Shown here: piece after piece, positions 26,101 to 41,151 of the stretch | How positions within the stretch are numbered: position 1 is the stretch's first letter | Layout of the letters: each line of letters starts with the position of its first letter | From: the human T2T-CHM13v2.0 reference genome, Homo sapiens | Length of the DNA stretch: 64,000 nt | NCBI RefSeq assembly: GCF_009914755.1 | Contig: NC_060926.1 | Direction: 5' to 3' (one strand) | Position numbers and translations under genes: made by a program | Notes under the pieces: generated by a model | What the model was told of the DNA's origin: nothing | The model's input: only the letters and a program-made list of their open reading frames with translations | Databases searched by the model: none

Positions 26101-27439
26101 TGATGGACACTTAATTTGACTCCATGTCTTGGATACTGTGAATAGTGTTGGTGTAAACATGGGAGTACAAATATCTCTTCAACATATGGATTTCATTTCC
26201 TTTAGATATATGGCAGTAGTGGGATTGTTGGGTCATATGACAGTTCTATTTTTAATTTTTTGAGGATATTGTCCATAATGGCTATACAAATTTATTCTCA
26301 CCAGTTGTGAGAAAATCTCCACATTCTTGCCAGCATTTGTTTGTTTTCTCTTTTTGACAATAGCCACTCTAACTGGAGTGATATCTCATTGTGGTTTTGA
26401 TTTGCATTTCCCTGATTGTTAGTGATGTTGAGCAGTTTTTCATATGCTAGTTAGTCACTTGAATGTCTTATTTTGATGAATGCCTAATCAGATCTTTCAC
26501 CCATTTTTAAATTAGGTGATTTAATTTTTGCTATTTGAGTTTCTGATTTAATTTTTTGCTATTTAATTGTTTGAGTTTCTTATAAATTCTGGATATTTAC
26601 CTTTTGTCAGATGCAAGGTTTGCAAGTGTTTTCTCCAATTAAGTTGTCTTTTTGCTCTGTTTATTGTTTCCTTTACTGAGCAGAAGCTTTTCAGCTTAAT
26701 GTAATCCCATTTGTCTGTTTTTGCTTTTGTTGCCTGTGCTTTTGAGGTCTTATCCAGAAAATCCTTGCCCAGACCAATATCATGAAGCATTTCCTCTACA
26801 TGTTTTCTTCTAGTAGTTTTATAGTTTCAGGTCTTACATTTAAGTATTTAATCCATTTTGAGTTGATTTTTGTATATGGTGATCCACAGGGTTCTAGTTT
26901 CATTCTTATGCATGTGGACATAGTTTTCCCAGCATCATTTATTGACAAGGCTTTTTCCAATATGTGCTCATGATGCTTTTGTCAAAAATCATTTGGCTGT
27001 AAATACGTGGATTTGTTTCTGGGTTTTCTATTCTGTTTCATTGATTTATGAGTCTGTTTTTATACCAGCACCATGATAGTTTGGTTACTATTGTTTTGCA
27101 GTGTATTTTGAAGTCAGGTAGTGTGATACCTCTAGTTTTCTTCTTTTTGCTCAGATATCTTTGTCTATTTAGGGTCTTTTGGGCTTCCATACAAAATTTA
27201 AGATTTTTTCTGTTTTTGTGAAGACTGTCATTGGTATTTTGATAGGGATTACATTAATTCTGTAGATTGCTTTGAGTAGTATGAGTGTTTTAACAATATT
27301 AATTCTTCCAAATCATCATCATGGGATATCTTTTCATTTGTGTCTTCTTCAATTTCTTTCCTAAATGTTTTATAGTTTTTATTTTAGAGATCTTTCATCT
27401 CTTTGGTTAAATTTATTTATAGGTATTTCTTTTTTTTAA

Positions 27440-28594
27440 GATAAAAAAAAGACAAATTTTGAGCTAGACCAATTAAGAAAAAAAGAAAGACAAATAAATA
27501 AAATCAGAGATAAAAAAGGAGACATTTCAACTCATGGTCAAAGAAACACAAAGGATCATTATCAACAACTATACAACAAAAAATTGGAAAACCTAGAAGA
27601 AATGGATAAGTTCCTAGAAACATACAACCTGCCAAGACTGAATCATGAAGAAGTAGACAACCAGAACAGACCAATAACAAGTAATGAGATTGAATCAGTA
27701 ATAAAAAGTCTCCCATCAAAGAAAAGCCCAGGTCCTAATGGCTTTACTGCTGAATCCTTCCAAACACATAAAGAACAAATGCCATTCTTCTCAAACTATT
27801 CCAGAAATTGAAGTGAGGGGAAATTTTTCCAAACTCATTTGATAAGGCCAGCAATACCCTGATACCAAAACCAGACAAGGACACAACAAAATAAGAAAAC
27901 TACAGACCAATATCCCTGATGAACATATACATAAAAATCCTGAACAAAATATTAGCAAACTGAACCCAGCACATCAGAAAGATCATTCCCTACAATCAAG
28001 TGGGATTTATTTCAGGGATGCAAGGATGGTTAAACATATGTAAATCAATAAATGTGATACATCACATTAACAGAAAGAAGAACAGAAACCATATGATCAT
28101 CCCAATAGATGCAGAAAAGCAATTAATAAAATTTAATATCCCTTTGTGATAAAAACCCTCCCAAATTAGGTAGAGAAGGAACATACCTTAACACAATAAA
28201 GGCCATATATGGCAAACACACGGTTAACATCATACTTGAATGGGGAAAAGTAGAAAGCTTTTCTTCAGAAATCTAAAACAAGATAAGGATGCCCACTTTG
28301 CCACTTTTATTCAACATAATTCTGGAAGTCCTAGCCAGAGCAATTAGGCAAAAGAAAGAAATAAAGGTCATTTAAATTGGAAATGAGAAGTCAAAACTTG
28401 TCCCTGTTTGCAGACTACATGATCTCATATATGAAAAACCCTACGCACTTCACCAAAAAACTGTTAGAGCTAGAACATAAGTGCAGTAAAATTGCAGAAT
28501 ACAAAGTACAAAATGCTAATTAGTAGCACTTTTATATGCCAACAGGAAACTATCTGAAAAATAAATCAAGAAAGCAATTCCATTTATAATAGCT
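27440..28594 (+). mobile_element. Inverted 5' segment (ORF2) of the adjacent L1MA
   Basis: ORF 27584-27811 translates as L1 ORF2 ([20 protein letters not shown]...[11 protein letters not shown]). Confidence 0.9.
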
Positions 28595-28595
28595 C

Positions 28596-28970
28596 ATGGT
28601 GACTATTTCTCTTATTCTTTCTGCATTTAGATATTTGAAATCTGTGGAGAAGAACTGTTACTTCTCCATTTTTTATTCAATTATTTATTTATTTCAGTAA
28701 GGACTCAAAGGTATTTATTTTATTTTCTGGGTCATAATCCAGTACTTTGTTGCTCAGATTGATTGTTTCATCTGTGGACATTGAGAACTCATTCTCAATG
28801 AATTCTCTCAATTGAGGGCTCCCATGTTCTTTTAACATGCTTCCATCCTTTTGTGAATACTCCCTTACAGTCTGGTACCACAGAGTTTTTCAACATTGTC
28901 TTGTATTTTCCCTGACTCCACTCTGGAATGAACCATGTCATTAAGGAGCTGCTGGGCTCATTTTTGAGGC
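28596..28970 (-). mobile_element. L1MC (L1MC4-like), right part
   Basis: Resumes the element broken at 23108 (tgttgctcagattg...tctggtaccaca...ggaatgaaccat). Confidence 0.7.
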
Positions 28971-29149
28971 TATCTATAAGTATTGTTAAAATTATTTCCA
29001 GAAAGATTGTATACCAGTTTTCACTTCCACTAGAAGCCTCAATGGTATTTAACAAACTTTGTCAATTAACTCGGTAAACATTTTACTAACTTTCTTTTGT
29101 ATTCCATTTACAACTTTGTTTGCTATCAGTATTTCTCTATGAAGTAAGC

Positions 29150-29401
29150 TTTCTCTTTCTTTCCTTCCTTCCTTCCTTCCTTCCTTCCTTCCTTCCTTCC
29201 TTCCTTCCTTCCTTCCTTCCTTCCTTCTTTCTTTCTTTTTGAGATGGGGTCTTGCCATGTTGCTCTTGCTGGAGTGCAGTCGCTGGTTACAGGCATGGTC
29301 ATCACAGTGCACTGCAGCCTCTGAATCCTGGTCTCAAGCTATCCTCCTACCTCAGCCTCCCAAGTAGCTGGAACTGCAGGCACACACCACCCTCCCTGGC
29401 C
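29150..29401 (-). mobile_element. FAM-like fossil Alu monomer with a (TTCC)n tail-derived microsatellite (29161-29226)
   Basis: Monomeric. Carries the extra gctggttacaggcatggtcat segment typical of FAM/7SL-derived monomers. Confidence 0.8.
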
Positions 29402-32400
29402 TGCATTTTCTTTAAAAATCACAGCTCAAATGAAACATTGAACTATTTGAAACATTATTTAATTTAGTTTACCAGTAAGGTGAATTTCATGGGTAACAAG
29501 GTATTACTGAAATGCTTGTGTACCTGGCTCCCTTGTACATTATAAGGTATAAGGTATAAGTCTCCAGCCTCATCATTACAGATCCTCTCTAGATACCATT
29601 TTGGCCATGACAATTTTCAATTTTTGAATAATGAATGAAATGGTTCTTTTGCTTCCTCAAAAACGACATTTTTTTTTAATTTTTAAGAGCAAAGTTGAAA
29701 GAGGTCCAGTTAACAAGGTATTTCAGTGTCTTATCCTTTTCCAATCTTACTGTTTATTACAATATGATAGGCTAGACAGAGACACTTGTTTTTATTTATT
29801 CTATTAAGATGATTTTTATGTACTTTCATTTATGTCATTTCTTATGAAGATACTCATTCTTATTTGAACTATCCAGTAGCTTTTGTATCATCAAAACCAT
29901 GTTGAAGAACTGACCAAAAGTCATAATATATGACAAATTTGACAAAAGTAAAATTGCTAAGCCCCCCTATATGTTGTAAGTGAAATAAAGCATGATGATT
30001 TGAACCTTGCTCATAATGCTGATTTAATAATCCTGCTTTTTATCTTTAAGAGATTTGAAAAACAATTAGTTCTTAAGAGCTGAAATTAGGAGTAATCTAT
30101 CTTAAATTGAGTAATCTTGTAGCAGTTATACCATAGTAATTGTTTCACATTCATTATTGTATTGTGAATATAGTAGTACTTTCTATTTAGATTTTTAACA
30201 TATTCATTATAATTGGTTATCATGAAGACTAAACAACAACTTTCTGACATCAGTCCTCTTAGCCTGATATTAGAAGTTGTTTGGATAATAGTGCTAGTCT
30301 AATAAAGGGAGTTGGAATATCCAGTAAAGACCATTTGTGTAATATAAGGTAATATAATATTTTGCTAAATCTTTATGAGGATAATGAAATGGTGAACTTA
30401 ATATCCACATTGTCCATTAAAAATACATGAAGCTGCCTCATAATTCAGGAACTTATAATTATACAATATTCATTTAGAAGGTATTGATTCAGCCTTGAAT
30501 GCTGCTTTAAAAAATCGACTTTTCACAAAATTACTTTTAGTAACTTATAATTCCATCTGTTTCCTTTTATAATTTTAAGATATTCTTCCATCTCATTTCA
30601 CAAAATTAATCTTCACTATCTCTCCTAGCAATATAATTCAGTATTCCTAACCTTTCACCTCCATCTAAACACATTTGCCCCATCTATTCAGATGGTAGCA
30701 TGGCCTGGTATAGAACTAAAAGGATACATATATCTTTGATTCCCTAGTGTAGTGATGTATCTTAATGTAAAAATATCTAGTTAGCTAAGTAGCCCTTTTG
30801 ATTTCAAATAGACCAAATATTTTAGATTGAATCCTAGAACCTAACTTTCATAGTTATACTGAAACTTTTGGCATTAGAATCAGCTTTTCTTGAAAAAATA
30901 CATTTTTTTCTGTTGTTTTTCTTGGTTCAAAAAGTATCTTGAATGGGAATGGAAAGACTTCAAGTTTACTGAATCTCAGATGGTTCCATAAAAAAAGATT
31001 TGATGATTATGTTTCAATAATTTATCAATACACATTTACTTTTCTCTTAAAAATAATCTGCATATTTAGAAAAAAAGGCACAAGAATGTTTGGCAAAATG
31101 CAATTGAAATTTAGAACAAGTGTTAAAAATGAATGGTTCATATATTAATGAATCTTAAATTTTAGTTAACTCATTTACATTAACTCAATTTCTGTTAATG
31201 TCTTAGTGAGTAAGAATGGAAGTGGTAATGAAGTGGCTTTCCCGTCTTTTAAGAAATGCAGTAGGAATTCAACTCATTTAGGGAGGTGAAATTCTAATCA
31301 TAGGCATAAGAAAAATATTGCACTGCTTTGATCGTAATATCTTCATGTAGATGATCCATGATTCATGAAAAATAGGTCAGTACAAATAAATAAGACTTAG
31401 TTAAAATTCCCATTTTAAGTCAATAGTTTCAGCCTCTGGTTTCTTAAACTTTTCACTAGTATTTTTGTAGCGAAGACAAAAATCATTTGGTTCAAGTTTT
31501 CTTTTCTCCAGTTCAGGTTAGAATATTAATGCTTTTGAGCTATTGAAATCTTCTAATGGAAATCTCATCCAAATTCTCATTTATTTTTGTGGATCCATAT
31601 TTCATATCAAACTCCTTTAATATTTTTAAGTATTCTAACTAGAAATGGTGAAAAGGAAACAACCTGAGGCCAAGGTAATATGTAATTCAATATAGATAAC
31701 TTATGTCAATGCATCTGAGTGTTTTATGAATTAAATCATGTTTCTTTGAAAAGTTGATAGAAGCTTACATTTCCACTGAATTTAATAATGAGGAATGTGC
31801 TGTTGTGCTATTAAATGAATAGAAATCAGACTTGAGGAAGGCAAAGGCCAAAAGGGTTTTACTTTTTATTGCTGCAGTTTGGATATTAGCATTTGAAAAA
31901 GCATTACTTTACTGAATCTTAATTCAAAGTGAACATACATTCCCTATAAATAGTTTGAAAATAAATTAATTTGAATTTTGAATTACACATGCCAATAAAT
32001 GCTTAGTATTTTGGCTACTTTTAGTTCAATTTGACTGGCAGTAATTTACTTATAATATGGCATATATACTTTTGATGAAAAACTACATCCAAATATGAGT
32101 TGATGTTTAAAAATGCTTTACATAGAAATGGTATATATCTTACATATGACAAAAGAGATAGTTTTTTCATATACAGTTTAAACGTTTATCAGGTTGAGTC
32201 TACTAAGAGAGGGACTGGTAACTACATTTGGTTCTTATATTTGTGACTGACGTGGTCTGCATAAGGCAAGATATTTAAATATTTTCCATTATTTGTCCAT
32301 TTTAAATATGTCCATGTTTTTATTATTTGCATTCTTTTCTATCATGAAGTCATTTAAGAAAAACTTCTATTCATTGCAAGGTAAAATTAATTGATTCAAG

Positions 32401-32786
32401 TAGAACATCTACTTTTGAAACAAATAGCAATCTATTAGGTTCAAATTAGGGGTGGGGTGGATTCAAAATAAGAGAGATGGTTCAAAATAGAATGGAGTGA
32501 TTCCAAATAAGAGGATTTAGGATGGTATAATTCATGTTTATGATGGCAGCACAATGTATTTGCCTGTCTCTTTACCCTTCTTTTATGTCTGGGTTTTGTT
32601 TGCTATACAAAGTCACTTCTTTCCTTCTGGCTTCTAATCTTTTTTTTTTTTTTTCTTTTTCTTAACAACACTTATTAGATACTTATATGCATATATAGAA
32701 AGTGAGTTAAATATCTTAAGTGGTTTTAGATACATGAAATATCAAAGACAGAATGGAAGATTATGTTCCATAAAAAACAATAACAC

Positions 32787-33076
32787 GACTGGGCATAGTT
32801 GCTCACACCTGTATTCCTAGCACTTTGGGAGACTGAGGTGAGAAGATCGCTTGAGTTCAGGAGCTCAATACTAGCCTGGCAACACAGCGAGGACCCATCT
32901 CTACCAAAAGTTAAAAAATTAGCCGGGCGTGGTGGTACGTTGCTGTAGTGCCAGCTACACAGGAGGCTGAAGAGAGAGGATTGCTTGTTAGAGGATGCAT
33001 TGAGCTGTGATTGCCAGTGCACTCCAGCTTGGGCAACAGAGTGAGACCCTGCCTCAAAAACAAAAACAAAAACAAA
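32787..33076 (+). mobile_element. AluJ
   Basis: Diverged dimer with gatcgcttgagttcagg and gaccctgcctcaaaaa, and an (AAAAAC)n tail. Confidence 0.9.
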
Positions 33077-36000
33077 CTAGTAAATTAATGAATTAAAATT
33101 GCTTCACATCGTGGTGAAGTCTTATAATTTATTTTAAGAAAATTCTGTTTTTAGATTGACTCTATGAATGGATTTGAATAACTGTAAATATTTGATTATG
33201 TACAATTTTTTACTTATAGCAAGGTTTCAGGCTCAGCCAACATTTTGATGTGCTCACAGTAGTAACCAAACTATCCCTTATTTAAACTAAGACATTAATA
33301 ACCTTTGAAATAGTGTTTATGATCTTACCAATTGTTCTAGAGATATCTTGTAGGTGTTCATAAGCTTCTGTTTTAAGCCAGAAGTTTTCATAAAAATTTT
33401 TATTTCTATCCACTATTTTTCAAGTAAAAGAAACACACAAATGAAACAAAATAAAATTTATTTATTAAAACATTTTGGAGCCTTTTTGGACTACAATTTG
33501 AAGTGATAATAAAGTTACATCAAAATAAGAAGGACTGGATCTTAACCCATCTAATGCTTTATACAATAAATGATGAGGCATGAGAGAGTTACAGGCCATT
33601 TGATTTTCAGAAGTAATAATTTAATAAGCAAAAGCAATTGAGAATTGGAAGAGACTATTTTAATTCTCAAAAGTAAAATGGTTATGCTATATTAACCCAT
33701 AAGTTGTCCTTAAAAAGGAAATAGAAAAATGTGTGTGTCAGGCCAGGTGTGAACATCCTACTTTATTTATTGACATCCACGTGTTGGAAGCAATTCGGGA
33801 ATTTCCAATATTTTTTTTTCTCTCTTGGCTTTATATGTTCCCATGAAACTATGGGCTTCTATGGAAATCTTATTAAAAATTCCAAATATAGTAGTAATAT
33901 TTTTCATACTACAAGACTTCTTGTTATAATATTTTCTCATAACTAATGTAGTCAGGGTTACACCTATATATATATGGATTATGACAAAACATTTAATAAT
34001 ATAACCACAGAGAGAAATGTACAGAAAAGACAACATGTAATTTTTGTTAGCCTCATCCTGATATTTTTCCCCAGTTTTCCCCAAGTGAATTAGTAATTAT
34101 GTCATATTAGTTTGACTTTCTAAATGCATATTCCTTTCTTTAAAACTATTACAGTGGTTTTATATTATGTGAATAAAGATACAAGAGTTCACCTTTGGTT
34201 ATTTTGGATAAAGCCTGCAGTAGGAAACACATTGTATTGTTTGGATTTTGTTATATTTTCAAGAAGCTAAGACTTTTTAAAAATATAATATTCCCCAAAA
34301 ATTTAGTGTTGGCTGAACATTCAAATTGAAAACATAGTAAAGTAATTTTACATAAATCTGAGAGCCAGTCAAAATAATGAGCAATGAACATTTATTGAAT
34401 GCTGAGGGATGTTTGGAAACTTCCTCTTAATTCTTGTTCACTTTTGAGAATCTGTATTATTTACAAAACTCCTTTTTAATATTAGTAAGCATTTACCCAG
34501 GGGTGGGGAAAGGAAATAGTCTAAAAAGGTGATCATATACTTCAATATATATAACTTCTATTAATGCACATGACTATGAATCAAATCATATTTTTAAAAA
34601 AGTTTGACAGAAGCTTAAATTTCCACTGAAGTTAATGGTGAACCATGTGCAAAATTTATCTATTGCACCAAAGGTTTTCAGCTTCTAGTGCTAATAGCTT
34701 TTTTGGGAATGCATATGTTATTTCATGATCTATTTGTAATGCAGCTAAGCAGATAAATTGATTAAGTTTCCATAGGGTCAGATTCAGAATCAGGCTAGAG
34801 ATGCATAAAAGCAAAGTAGTTTTTATGACTCGTAGTGATAACTTAGAGTGCCCTCTGTTTAGATTCCTTGGTTTAATCCCATTAGAGACTAGCTAGGTAT
34901 TTTTTATGATGTTCTTCAATTTTAGGAACTGAAATTTGCTTGATGATGCCTTTAAACCAAATGTAAAGGGATGGTTGCTAAAAACAAATATGCTAAAAAT
35001 AAAGCAATGCAAAAATTTCTCTCTAACTTGTTTGAATTATGCATCACAAATAACTTGGAAATATTTTGAAGCTCTGAAGCAGAAAATAATAGGCTAACTT
35101 AATAATTTTCACACTATTGTTCCACATAGTGTGAAAGTCTTTATACCTATACTTTAGAGCTCAAATTTATCCTTGTATAGCCTGTTAAAATTTGAAAGTT
35201 CTATGTGTGAATCAGAAGAGATTTTAGGACATATTTTCAAATGTCTAAATAAGTAAATATATATTTTGTAATCAGTACTGCTGATAATACTCTAAGATTA
35301 TAACTAGAAAATTATTTCTTCCTTGTAAATTAATTTCTTCAAAATTAGACATAACCAGTGCCATAGATATTTTTTATCCTTGACACAGTGACAAAAATTT
35401 ATGGAAAGCCTTGCTACTATAATAGGAAAACATTTCACATTTGTTGAAATCCTCCCTTTCACCTGGTTTTCTTATGTATTGTTTCTGAAATTTTCATTAT
35501 CTTAGTTACGAAGAGTTTTATGAGAGCATAATTTCTAACTTTTCCTCATTTATTCGCAGTTCTAAAATAGGTACTATTCTTGTAGCAGTGGCATATCTTC
35601 AGTGCTTAGAGATTTTAGAGGAGGCTTTTCAAAAATCAACTTTTTCTTCTTCTGGAATGATTATACAGGATCTTCTTAATTGAAAACTGTTAACGAAATC
35701 TGTTATGGTTCCTCTTTCATTTGGAGAAATCACACTGCCCTGATTTAACACTGAAACTAAGTACTTCCTCAGATGTCCTTGTAATCCCATAGTTAACAAT
35801 ATTTACATGCCTATTATGTTTAATGGTATATTTCCTCAAATAATTGAACAGATTAATTTCAGGTATTTCAGCCTGTCAGGGTGATTGTCAAGGAACATAT
35901 TTATTTTCATGTCCAAATTAGAAGAGATTAAACCATGAAGAATTTGAAATATTGATTGATAATCAAGATGATATGTCCAAATAAATGTATGTCTCATTTT

Positions 36001-36569
36001 TCTGCATGCAACTATAATGATAAAAATAATTTTTTGATGTTGTGTTTGATCAATATCTTAGATCATTTACTGTGAAATAATTTATATATTAAAGTATTAT
36101 AGATATACACCAAAATTTGAAATGAATTTTAAAGCCAACTTAGAATTTATATGTTTAAGAAAGAACTACAAGAAAAAGATGGAAGCACAACGTAGTAATG
36201 AAATGATTATCTTGTGTTCTTAGAGAAAAAAGGGAAAACTAGGTTGACTGAGCTAACCATAAAAGTATTAGCATGATATTATTAAAATGTATAGTAATTC
36301 TCTTTCAAACTGTTTTCCCTGTAGCTTCAGTTTCCTTAACACTTAAACATAGGTAATTTCTAGTTCTATATTTTATACGTTATAAATCTTCTCTCTGTCA
36401 TCCAGATGTCACAAAGATCAGGCAAATTGGATTAGAGGAGAAGGTCCAGTCTCAATGACCACTTTTTCACTACTAGTACTCGCTGCAGAGCAATAATACC
36501 AACCCGATTAAATGGCATGATGGCTGGTTTTTAGAAGCTCTTCAAAAGTTCTTTTACTAGTGGTATAGC

Positions 36570-36775
36570 ATTCATGCATTTTTCAAAATATTACTATATC
36601 TATGATCTCATTTCTGCCTCTGTGTTCTATATCTGTATGAAGTAATTAAGGCAGCAGCATTATTTTCAAGAAAAAATGATAAACAAAATCAGGCTCAGTT
36701 GGGCTAATTTAACTGTGATGCAATAAGTCAGTGGCAAAACCAACACTAGAACTCAGATGTCTGGAATCTTAATGT
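36570..36775 (-). mobile_element. MIR (degenerate)
   Basis: atgatctcattt...aggctcag...agtcagtggcaaaacc...actagaactcagatgtct. Confidence 0.55.
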
Positions 36776-37099
36776 GGTCAACTTTTTTTTTTTCTGTTAC
36801 TCTGTGAAATGGCGGCATTCTCTTATAGTTTACTTACCTGAGGCTGCAACTATACTTTTCAAAATAGATAATCTTATGTGATTACTTACTCATTCACTTA
36901 CCCCTTCATTCGAATATTTATTGAAAACGTACAGTATATGCTATTGAGTGTTAAGGACTTGGCTCCGCTGACTTCAATTTCCTATCTAAGCTTAATGCTT
37001 GCTTGGTAAGAACTTTGAAGTGATTACTGTGATATTTATTGGAGTATTGTTCATCCTGAGACTCTAATAATTGATAAATAGGACCAAATGTTCTTTAAA

Positions 37100-38400
<1,301 letters not shown>

Positions 38401-38449
38401 AAGACAGGTATTTAACCTTATTATTTCAAATCTAATAAGCTTTAAAAAC

Positions 38450-40975
38450 CTGATCTTTTTATTTTGGAATAAATTCAAGTTTATAGAAAGGATGCAAAGA
38501 TAGAGAGCCCCCATATATTCTTTACTCAATTTCCTCTACTATTAATGTCATACATGGTAACTTTTTCCAAACTAAGGAATTAACATTGGTGTATTACTTT
38601 CAACTAAGCTATAGATTACATTCATATTTCACCAGTTTACCCACTAATGGCCTTTTTCTGTTCCAGTTCTCATCAAGAATACAACATTGAACTTAGTAGT
38701 CATATCTCCTTAGTCTTCTCTGATTTGTGACAGTTTCACTCTTCCTTTGTTTTTCATGATCTTGATACTTTTGAATAGTACTGGTCAGATATGTTGTAGA
38801 ATGTTCCTTGATTCGGACTTGTATGATGTTTTCTGCATGATTAGACTGGGGTTATGTGATTTTTGGGAAGAACACCACAAAGGTGAGGCGTCTTTTTTCA
38901 TTACGTCATATCAGGTGGTGTGTTACATGATAATGATGGCAGCAGTGGCCCGTCTGGAGAAGCTGCTGCAGGAACGCCAGCTGCAGCGGCGGAGGCCTGG
39001 CCAGGGCTGTGTGCTTGGTCATGGAGCCAGCGGGGGCTGGGAGCAGGCAGGAGGCCTGCCCTCTACCGAGTTTACTGGACAGGGGAGCCCCATGTTTCTG
39101 TGTGCAGCTGCAGCAGCCTAGCTGTGGCTCTGGATCTGGGCATCCCTGCACTCTCGGGGGGCCTGGGAAGACCCCCTGCCCCCACAAGCTTGGAAGTGCC
39201 GGCTCCTGTTCCTCCCGGCTGTTGACACCTGCTCTAATTTCGGAGCAAAGTTGAGGCTGAGCCCAGGTGCGGTTGCAACCTGGCTGGGTGTGCATGCACC
39301 CACTCAAGGCGGCACTTAAAACACCAGCCCCCTGCTGCCTTGGCCACCTCTGGACTTTGGGTGCCAATGAGCATGGGAGGGAGGCTGAGTGGGGGCTGGG
39401 AGCAGCTAGGCATGGGCCTACAGGTGTACCTCAGCGGGAACAGCCTGGGCGCCATGGACAGCATGTTGATGGCGGCAAGAGGCAGACAGGCTCTTGGGCA
39501 GAAAGGGCAGGTCCCTGGAGAAGCCCCGCCTTTGAGCCAGAGATGGCCTGAAGCCTGGGGGCTGTACTGTCTGTTTTGAGTGGAGTCTGCCACCTGGAGT
39601 GAAAACTTATGGTTCTTTTTCCAGGCTTTTCCATGGTCAACCATGGATCAATCAGCATGCACTTCCTCCCTTCTGAGCCCATAACCCCACCCTGCCTCCG
39701 GACTCAGCCAGACTCATACAGATGTTGGGACTACCAGCTGTAGGAAGGAGCTACCCATTTTGGGACTCCTCGCCTGTTCAGGATAAACTGCCTGTGGAAA
39801 GGAGCTACCCACTGTGGGTCTCTCTGCTGAGAGCTGGACACTCATCTGGACAACTTGCCTGTGGAAAGGAGCTACCCACTGCTGGTCTCCTGAAAGCTGT
39901 TCTGTCGCTTGGTGAAGTTCCTCTCCACCTGGCTCACCCTCCGGTTGTCTGTGTACCTCATTCTTCCTGGATGCAGGACAAGAACTTGAGACCCGCCAAA
40001 TGGCAGGACTAAAAGAGCTGTAATACAAACAGGGCTGCAACATGCCCCCCTGCTTGCCATGTTGCAAGTGACAAGAAGGAGAGAAGAGCTTCAGCCCTTC
40101 AGGGAGCCCAGACCTATGACCTCCCTGAGTCAGGGCTGTGACACCCTCTTTGGGGCTCTGCGGTTTCTGGCATCTTTAAGCTTCTGGGCGCCACCACATT
40201 CCCCAAGTCCAGATGTGGGTGCCCGCAGCAGAGGCCACAAGTGGTACATCTGGTCCTGCTGCAGCCTTGCACGGAGCTAGCACTTGTGCCGGCGCCTGGA
40301 GCTGCCTGCCCCACCACAGCAGCTGGCATGCCTGGCTGTGTGCAGTGGCCAGACCCTGAGCTTGCTTACACACACATCCCTCCCTGCTCTGCGCCTAGCT
40401 TGCCCTTGGCAGGGTGTGGGATCCAGGCTGGTTGCGCAAGCCGAGTGCACCTGCTCAGCTGAGTGGGCAGAATGATCCCAGTGGACCTGAGCAATACTCA
40501 GGCAGAAGGCGCCGCTGGCCACAGAGGCTTCTGGCTGGCAAATTGACACCCCAAAGATCCTGTGACAATATCAACCTGACTTATCACTTGGTGATGTTAA
40601 TCTTGATCACTTGGTTAAAGTAATGTCTGCCAGTTTTCTCCACTGTAAAGTTACTATTCTATCCTTTTCATGCTTTACTCTTTAGAATCCACTCATTAAG
40701 TCCAGCCCATACTCAGGGGAGGGGAAGCTCCACCTCCAGGAAGAGAGGAGGTACCTATGTACATTATTTGTTCTCATTCATTATTTGTACTTTTTGTTCT
40801 GTGAAGAAAACTTATCCCTTATCTTCCATTTATCTATATTCAATCATTTATTTATATCAGTATGGATCATGCATATTTCTTTTACACGTTGGGATATGAG
40901 TCAATACTATGTTATTTATTTTCTTGCTCAAATTGTTACAGCTTTGGGCATTGGTAATTTTTTCTTGTTGTTTTG
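38450..40975 (-). mobile_element. L1MC (L1MC4-like) 3' end split by the MER52 LTR
   Basis: Same family as 22456-23108. The host reads through as tacatg-atat-caac...acttggtgatgttaatcttgatcacttggttaa. Confidence 0.75.
38934..40567 (+). mobile_element. MER52 (MER52A-like) ERV1 solo LTR
   Basis: TG...CA termini (tgatggcagcagtggcccgtctggag ... ccccaaagatcctgtgaca), GC-rich, internal ggagctaccca repeats, 4-bp TSD ATAA/ATAT. Confidence 0.88.
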
Positions 40976-41151
40976 AGGGATCATGTTGAATGCAAGAGAA
41001 AAGATATACACACACACACACATATGTGAAGAATTTTAAAACTTCAGAAGTAATAACATATACAAATATATTTACATTTCTAATATATTGACCTCTTTGA
41101 AAATATTTAGGGCTTAAAGTGATACAGGACATTTCAGTTTTCAGGGTTCTC

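Noticed and set aside
26563-27811. ORF2-like peptides as genes (also 44028-44378 and 47691-47915)
   Set aside because: Short frame-disrupted L1 ORF2 remnants.
32438-32514. Four degenerate ~20-bp units beginning g(g/a)ttc(a/c)aa
   Set aside because: Too decayed and short to tell apart from an eroded minisatellite or chance.
38747-40623. Dense cluster of overlapping ORFs on both strands
   Set aside because: These arise from the GC-rich MER52 LTR, which has few stop codons. No recognisable protein.
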